52,713 nucleotides of DNA from an uncultured Actinomycetota bacterium (GTDB lineage Bacteria > Actinomycetota > Humimicrobiia > Humimicrobiales > Humimicrobiaceae): the NCBI GenBank assembly GCA_964354265.1, contig CAYGYY010000002.1, positions 1 to 52,713 of the forward strand, given 5' to 3'. Both the position numbers and the translations under genes were made by a program. Positions 47,858-52,713 of the stretch are shown here, in pieces. Positions within the stretch are counted from its first letter, which is position 1. Every line of letters starts with the position of its first letter. The notes under the pieces are model-generated. The model was given only the letters and a program-made list of their open reading frames with translations. It searched no databases and was not told where the DNA came from.

Positions 47858-48131
47858 TTCCCTGCAAAAGAAACCATTACTGCGCTTGGACTAAAAAAAG
47901 GCGACATCCTTGCTGATATTGGTTGCGGTATAGGAGATAAAAAGAATTATGGCAAATAAAGGTAAAATCGCTATTATAGAATGGAAAAAAATAAAAAGCG
48001 ACATTGGACCCGTAATAGACCACAGGTTAGAACCTGATTTACTTGCTGACAAACTAAAACTGTCCGGGTTTAATAATATTGCTTTAGCTTATCTTAATGA
48101 ATATTTTTATACTATAACGGGTTTTAAATAA
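47858..48131 (+). pseudogene. Internally deleted/frameshifted class I SAM methyltransferase remnant
   Basis: Frame A (47858-47956) reads ETITALGLKKGDILADIGCGIGDKKNYGK*, which is SAM motif I. Frame B (47949-48131) reads GKIAIIEWKK...GPVIDHRLEPDLLADKLKLSGF, which is the C-terminal part. The central ~90 aa of a normal enzyme are absent. Confidence 0.55.
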
Positions 48132-48156
48132 GACAGCATAACTGCAGGAGCAATTA

Positions 48157-49050
48157 TTGAAAACATATTTTGAGTGTATCCCATGCATATTAACGCAGGC
48201 GATAATAACTTTAGATCTATGCAAAGCTGATTTTGATTTAAAAAGAATAGTTGTTTCTGAGTTGCTTGAAAAGCTTAAATCTGCTGATTATGAACTCAGT
48301 CCTTCCGAAAATACAGATATCGCATATGAGATTATTACAAAGCATACGGGCATAAAAGATCCATATTATCATTATAAACGTGATCATAATAAATTAGCCA
48401 TTGATTCCTATCAAGATCTTAAGAAAATCTTAAATTCATCACAAAACAGGTTGTATTGTGCAGCAAAAATAGCAATTGCCGGCAATGTAATAGATTTAGG
48501 CATAAGCCATAATCACAAGGATCAGCTGGATTTCAGCAGGATTCTAAAAAATATTGTTGAAATACCTCTTGCGATTGATGATTTCAATGATTTTGCAATA
48601 AGATTAAAAAATGCTAAAAATGTCCTTTACATAGCGGATAATGCCGGTGAAATAATATTTGACAGGGTTTTTATTGAAGAGCTTGTGCATATGGGTAAAA
48701 AAGTCACTGTATCTGTCAAATCCGGTCCTATTATCAATGATGCAAATCTGGAGGACGCGCTTGAGGCAGGATTGGATAAAATAGCTGAAATTATAGAAGC
48801 AGGGCACAATAAAATAGGGAACAGTATAAAATATGTTTCAGATGGTTTTCTGGATACATTTTATAGTGCTGATTTAATTATTAGTAAAGGCCAGGGTAAT
48901 TTTGAGACTTTAAGTGAGGTAACTGCGCCGGTCTATTTTCTGCTTAAGGCAAAGTGCAAAAGCGTTGCAGCTGAACTGGGTGTCAATTATCTCGATGTAG
49001 TTTTTGTCAAAAACAGACTTTTTAAAGACAGGGGCAAAGCAGATTTATAA
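48157..49050 (+). CDS. DUF89 (ARMT1-like damage-control phosphatase) family protein
   Basis: YFECIPCILTQA, ADNAGEIIFD and SKGQGNFETL. Confidence 0.85.
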   Translation: MKTYFECIPCILTQAIITLDLCKADFDLKRIVVSELLEKLKSADYELSPSENTDIAYEIITKHTGIKDPYYHYKRDHNKLAIDSYQDLKKILNSSQNRLYCAAKIAIAGNVIDLGISHNHKDQLDFSRILKNIVEIPLAIDDFNDFAIRLKNAKNVLYIADNAGEIIFDRVFIEELVHMGKKVTVSVKSGPIINDANLEDALEAGLDKIAEIIEAGHNKIGNSIKYVSDGFLDTFYSADLIISKGQGNFETLSEVTAPVYFLLKAKCKSVAAELGVNYLDVVFVKNRLFKDRGKADL

Positions 49051-49190
49051 TCAAGGCCATAAAATGCCGTCAATACTTTAATACCTAAAATTCAATTGCA
49101 ACTGCTCTGACCGGGCTGCCATCTGCATTCTTAAAGTTTAAAGGTAGCGCACACAATAAAAGCCTCTTTCCTAATATTTTATATTTTCTT

Positions 49191-49973
49191 CTAAATACAA
49201 GGCATTACATTCCCGCCGCATACAGGTAGATACACGCCGGAAATAAATCCTGCCAGATCCGAGGCTAGAAAGCATACTGCATTAGCAACTTCGATATCTG
49301 TTCCTCTTCTTTGCATGGGGACTCTTTCAATATACGGAAAATCCTGATTTGTATTTTTCTCACTTCCATCAGTATAGCGGCATTCATCACTGATTGTCCA
49401 TCCCGGAGCAACTTGATTGACAGTAATGTTATATTGGCCAACCTCTTTTGCTAAAACGCGTAATACGCCATCCATACCGCGTTTTCCAGATACATAAGCA
49501 GACTGTGTTATAAAATTCTGCATTGCACATTCAGTATTGATGCCGATGACTCTGCCATAGTTTTGTTTTATCATATCGGGTACAAATGCTTTTGCCATAT
49601 AAACATTTTGCATTACGCTTGAGTTAAACTGGCTTTCATAATCTTGCGGCGCTTGCTCTAAAACACTTGTCCATTCATCAAGTTGAATGACTGCATTGTT
49701 TACAATGATATCTGTAATCCCCAGGCTTTGTAAGACTTCATTTTTCATTTTTATGATTGAATCCGGTCTTGTGACATCTGTCAAAACAGCAATGGACTTT
49801 ACATGGTATTTCTTTTCGATTTCATTTTTTAATTCAGTTGCGAAATCTTTTTTGTTATAATAACAGATCGCAACATTTGCCCCACATTCTGCCAAAGAAC
49901 GAATCATTGTACGGCCAAGCTCCCCTGTGCCGCCCGTGACAACAGCAGTCTTGTTTGTTAAGTCAATTTTCAC
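49191..49973 (-). CDS. SDR-family oxidoreductase
   Basis: The GTG start at 49973 lies 4 nt after GGAGG. Motifs TAVVTGGTGELG, NNAV and YVSGK. The ORF-track N-terminal extension to 50051 is not needed. Confidence 0.88.
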   Translation of the reverse strand: MKIDLTNKTAVVTGGTGELGRTMIRSLAECGANVAICYYNKKDFATELKNEIEKKYHVKSIAVLTDVTRPDSIIKMKNEVLQSLGITDIIVNNAVIQLDEWTSVLEQAPQDYESQFNSSVMQNVYMAKAFVPDMIKQNYGRVIGINTECAMQNFITQSAYVSGKRGMDGVLRVLAKEVGQYNITVNQVAPGWTISDECRYTDGSEKNTNQDFPYIERVPMQRRGTDIEVANAVCFLASDLAGFISGVYLPVCGGNVMPCI

Positions 49974-50272
49974 TTTGCCTCCTGAACCAAATAGAATAGA
50001 TAACTTAAAATCATAAGTATTAAAAAATATGTTCTTTGCTCCATTGACCAATTATACAGAGCAATAACCATAAAAATCATTTTATATGCTTTTGTATAAA
50101 TTTGCTATTGAAGTAGTCGGCTGCCAGGGTAAAAAATTTCGACTATTTATAAATCATCCATTTTTTTGCTTTTTTATAATATAATTCATAACGGATTTAT
50201 CAATGAGAACAAAACAGTAAAAAAATAATAGGTTTAATATTAATATAAATTAAATTTTAATGGAAAATAAGC

Positions 50273-51139
50273 ATGAATTTTGATTATTCAAGCCTTACAA
50301 CTTATACAGAAAATAACCTGGCAAATTTTATCAGCACTATTATTGTTATTTTTGCTCTATGGCTCACAAGGCGACTGGTTCTCAGGTATATCTCACGAAA
50401 ATTCGATGACCTTGAGACATACCGAAAATGGAGAAGAATATCTGTATATATTGTCTATTTTATAGGCGCAGTTGCAATACTTACTATCTGGTTCCAGCAG
50501 CTTCAGTTCCTGATTTTTTTTATGCTGTTTATAGTGCTGGGCCTATTAATCACATTAAAAGAGCCAATTCTAAACATCGCCGGCTGGATCTATATTAAAA
50601 TAGCACAACCTTTTAAAATCGGTAATAGAATACAGATAGGCGAATTTGGAGGGCCAAGGGGCAATGTAGTGCAGATAGAATTATTTTCTTTTAAGTTGAT
50701 GGAGATAGGTAATTTTGGCAACTGGGCCGAGACTGATATTAAAACCGGAAGAATAATAGATGTCCCAAATGGTAAAGTATTTACCACCTCAATAGCAAAT
50801 TATAATAAAATGATCGATTATATATGGAATGAAATCAACATCAGGCTTTCTTTTGGGAGCAACTGGCAAAAAGCCCAGGAAATAGTCATTGCAGTACTTA
50901 ATAAAGAAACCATTAAATTAAGTTCTTCAGAAGAGAAGAAGTTAAAAAAGCAGTACCGGGATTTTACACAAAAATATTCCAGTCTGGAACCTGTTGTATA
51001 TGTAAAAGCAGTAGAATTTGGACTTCAGCTCACTCTAAGGTATATTTGCGCCCCTGGTAATATACAGGGCAGTTCCATGGAGATATGGGACGGCATCTTG
51101 AAAGAATTTGCAAAACATAAAGACATAAGCTTTGCATAA
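50273..51139 (+). CDS. Small-conductance mechanosensitive channel (MscS) family protein
   Basis: It has 3 N-terminal TMs, the pore-helix region ILNIAGWIYI and the beta-domain FKIGNRIQIGEFGGPRGNVVQIELFSFKL. Confidence 0.8.
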   Translation: MNFDYSSLTTYTENNLANFISTIIVIFALWLTRRLVLRYISRKFDDLETYRKWRRISVYIVYFIGAVAILTIWFQQLQFLIFFMLFIVLGLLITLKEPILNIAGWIYIKIAQPFKIGNRIQIGEFGGPRGNVVQIELFSFKLMEIGNFGNWAETDIKTGRIIDVPNGKVFTTSIANYNKMIDYIWNEINIRLSFGSNWQKAQEIVIAVLNKETIKLSSSEEKKLKKQYRDFTQKYSSLEPVVYVKAVEFGLQLTLRYICAPGNIQGSSMEIWDGILKEFAKHKDISFA

Positions 51140-51322
51140 TTTTTTATCAATAGGCACTCTTATGAGGCTTAAAATGACCTGGCTTAATGATACTATCGGC
51201 AGAAAAAGAAGTTTAATGAAAATTTATACTTTTGTATTATAATAATATGAATACCAGGCAGTTGGCGATAAAGAATAAAAAATGATAATTTTGAAATCTT
51301 ATTAAAGTGGGGGAGGAAGAAA

Positions 51323-51442
51323 ATGGATATGTGGCTTGCTCTTTACTGGACAGGACCTATTGGTATCGGCGCTTTTCTTGCAGGTCTTGGAGTACTTTTC
51401 TGGGGGATAAGTAAAATGCAAAGTGTAAAAAAAGATAAGTAA
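51323..51442 (+). CDS. Unlisted 39-aa small membrane protein
   Basis: ATG lies 5 nt after GGGGGAGGAAG. It encodes MDMWLALYWTGPIGIGAFLAGLGVLFWGISKMQSVKKDK, a single TM with a basic tail. It is below the ORF-track size cut-off. Confidence 0.45.
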   Translation: MDMWLALYWTGPIGIGAFLAGLGVLFWGISKMQSVKKDK

Positions 51443-51448
51443 ATAAGA

Positions 51449-52713
51449 TCAAATAAAGCTTTGTCCGAAATTATTACTCAAATAGTATCTGTATAAATTT
51501 TCAAATTCTGAGGTTATTCCTGCCCAGGAATAGGAACTGCCTGCTATATTGTGGCATTTAGACCTGAAGTCACTGTCCTTTCTTTTATGAAAATCCAGTA
51601 TGGCGATTATGTTTTTTACAAGATTATCTATAAAATCTTCGTTCAGTCTTAGCAATGGTAATTTATTCAGGCTTTCCTCATCCAGTTTTTTATAGATATT
51701 ATTATGGACTTCCTTAAAGCCATAATCATAAGTTATCACAGGTAAAACTCCGCAGGCCAGCGCTTCGGAAGCTACAGAACCAAAAGCCTCAGTAAAGATA
51801 GAAGGCGCTACAAATACATCAGCCAGAGGCATCATATACTTCAATTCGTCATGAGACATTATCCCTGTAAAATGAACCCTGTCGTAAAAATCCAGTTCTT
51901 TTGCCTTTTTAAAAAAATCATCAAGGGCACCCTTTTTTTCCAGCTTTTCAAGAAACTTCTTTGTAATCTCAGGAGTATCGGCCCTAGACCCAGGATCTAT
52001 TTTAAAATGTCTTTGAATAAGAAATAAATAAAGATCCTTATAACCCTTTGACAGGCAATAAAGCAATGATTCAAAAATAGCTCTTGACTGACCAAAACCT
52101 ATAAATATTACCTCTGTATCAGCAGACCTTTTAAAAATATATGGAAGAGCGCTAATAAGAGTCTGGCAACCTTTTGTCCATAGATATTTACCTGTAAAAA
52201 GTATAATGTCTTTTTTTATAAAATCTATGCCGGCTATAATATCTTTGATATCCTTGTCGGGACAATAGGCATCGTATGAGTTGTAGTGTGCATTAAAATA
52301 TTCATTAATTAAATTTTCATCCGGGACAATACCAGATAATGAGTCCAGATAAGCATTTAGCGCCTTTTTACTGCATGTATCAAGACCTTTATCTTTTAGC
52401 TTTATTTTTTCACTTAGGAGGCCTGTAAGTGTAAGGATGTTATTTTTTTTATCTGATTCGTCTTTAAAACTATAGATATTAAATTTGTTTATATCTATGC
52501 CTACCGGCAGCACCTTTATTTTCTTTTCTAATTTATCGCCCTTTGAGATAAAATATTTTGTCAGCTCTCTTGCATTGTATTCAGAGACACATGTCACTAA
52601 CTTTGAACTGGTCAGCCCCTCTAATGCAAAGCTGTGAAGAAATTCTGATTTTCTTACACTGAAATTAAGGGCACTCCCGTGTACTGTCACTATGTAAGGT
52701 ATTTTTTTATCAA
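51449..52713 (-). CDS. Family 4 (GT-B) glycosyltransferase, N-terminus beyond window edge
   Basis: The C-terminal GT-B motif is PSIFTEAFGSVASEALACGVLPV. The reading frame stays open upstream of the listed Met to the window end (..YIVTVHGSAL). Confidence 0.8.
   Translation of the reverse strand, partial: DKKIPYIVTVHGSALNFSVRKSEFLHSFALEGLTSSKLVTCVSEYNARELTKYFISKGDKLEKKIKVLPVGIDINKFNIYSFKDESDKKNNILTLTGLLSEKIKLKDKGLDTCSKKALNAYLDSLSGIVPDENLINEYFNAHYNSYDAYCPDKDIKDIIAGIDFIKKDIILFTGKYLWTKGCQTLISALPYIFKRSADTEVIFIGFGQSRAIFESLLYCLSKGYKDLYLFLIQRHFKIDPGSRADTPEITKKFLEKLEKKGALDDFFKKAKELDFYDRVHFTGIMSHDELKYMMPLADVFVAPSIFTEAFGSVASEALACGVLPVITYDYGFKEVHNNIYKKLDEESLNKLPLLRLNEDFIDNLVKNIIAILDFHKRKDSDFRSKCHNIAGSSYSWAGITSEFENLYRYYLSNNFGQSFI

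Noticed and set aside
49085-49160. A possible minus-strand gene remnant (…CALPLNFKNADGSPVRAVAIEF*) downstream of the SDR gene.
   Set aside because: It is only about 25 codons long, has no start codon, and I cannot assign it to a family.

Overview
This is a low-GC (by eye) bacterial chromosomal window of about 52.7 kb, densely coding on both strands. All calls come from reading the supplied ORF translations and the DNA; no searches were run. I saw no rRNA, tRNA, CRISPR array, transposase or integrase.

Several features fit a monoderm, Firmicutes-like anaerobe, but this is inference only. They are a SigI/RsgI pair, a lipoprotein-type MacA adaptor with no outer-membrane partner, and a Tad locus without a secretin.

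Most of the window is housekeeping and envelope genes:
- trxB, an HDAC-family deacetylase, grpE, eno, surE, a YhaM-like nuclease, a CoADR/Nox-type flavoprotein and an RlmI-like methyltransferase.
- A DUF89 phosphatase, an SDR, an MscS channel, two MFS transporters, an FNT channel, a MacAB-like ABC efflux operon and a 5'-nucleotidase.

The most interesting region is a compact Flp/Tad type IVb pilus locus of about 10 kb (about 31.47-41.58 kb). Its gene order is HTH regulator, flp pilin, tadE-like, tadG-like, cpaB, tadZ/cpaE, cpaF/tadA, tadB, tadC, then a membrane protein. It has several non-canonical features:
- TadB is fused to an extracytoplasmic vWA domain with an intact MIDAS motif.
- The last gene encodes a membrane-anchored degenerate GGDEF domain. 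Its active site reads EPGKF, but an RxxD I-site is kept at canonical spacing, which suggests a c-di-GMP receptor.
- A nested stem-loop lies between the pilin gene and the machinery genes.
- No prepilin peptidase or secretin gene is present.
- Immediately downstream is an ATP-grasp-like ORF whose motifs occur in circularly permuted order, followed by two tandem GIN/DUF2807 lipoproteins.

A second cluster of interest is lemA-TPM-sigI-rsgI, which is translationally coupled, followed by a DUF4349 lipoprotein. The RsgI sensor domain is unrecognisable.

Two internally deleted gene remnants are present (a Na/Pi cotransporter and a SAM methyltransferase). There is also a PG-binding protein with a degenerate amidase_3 domain.
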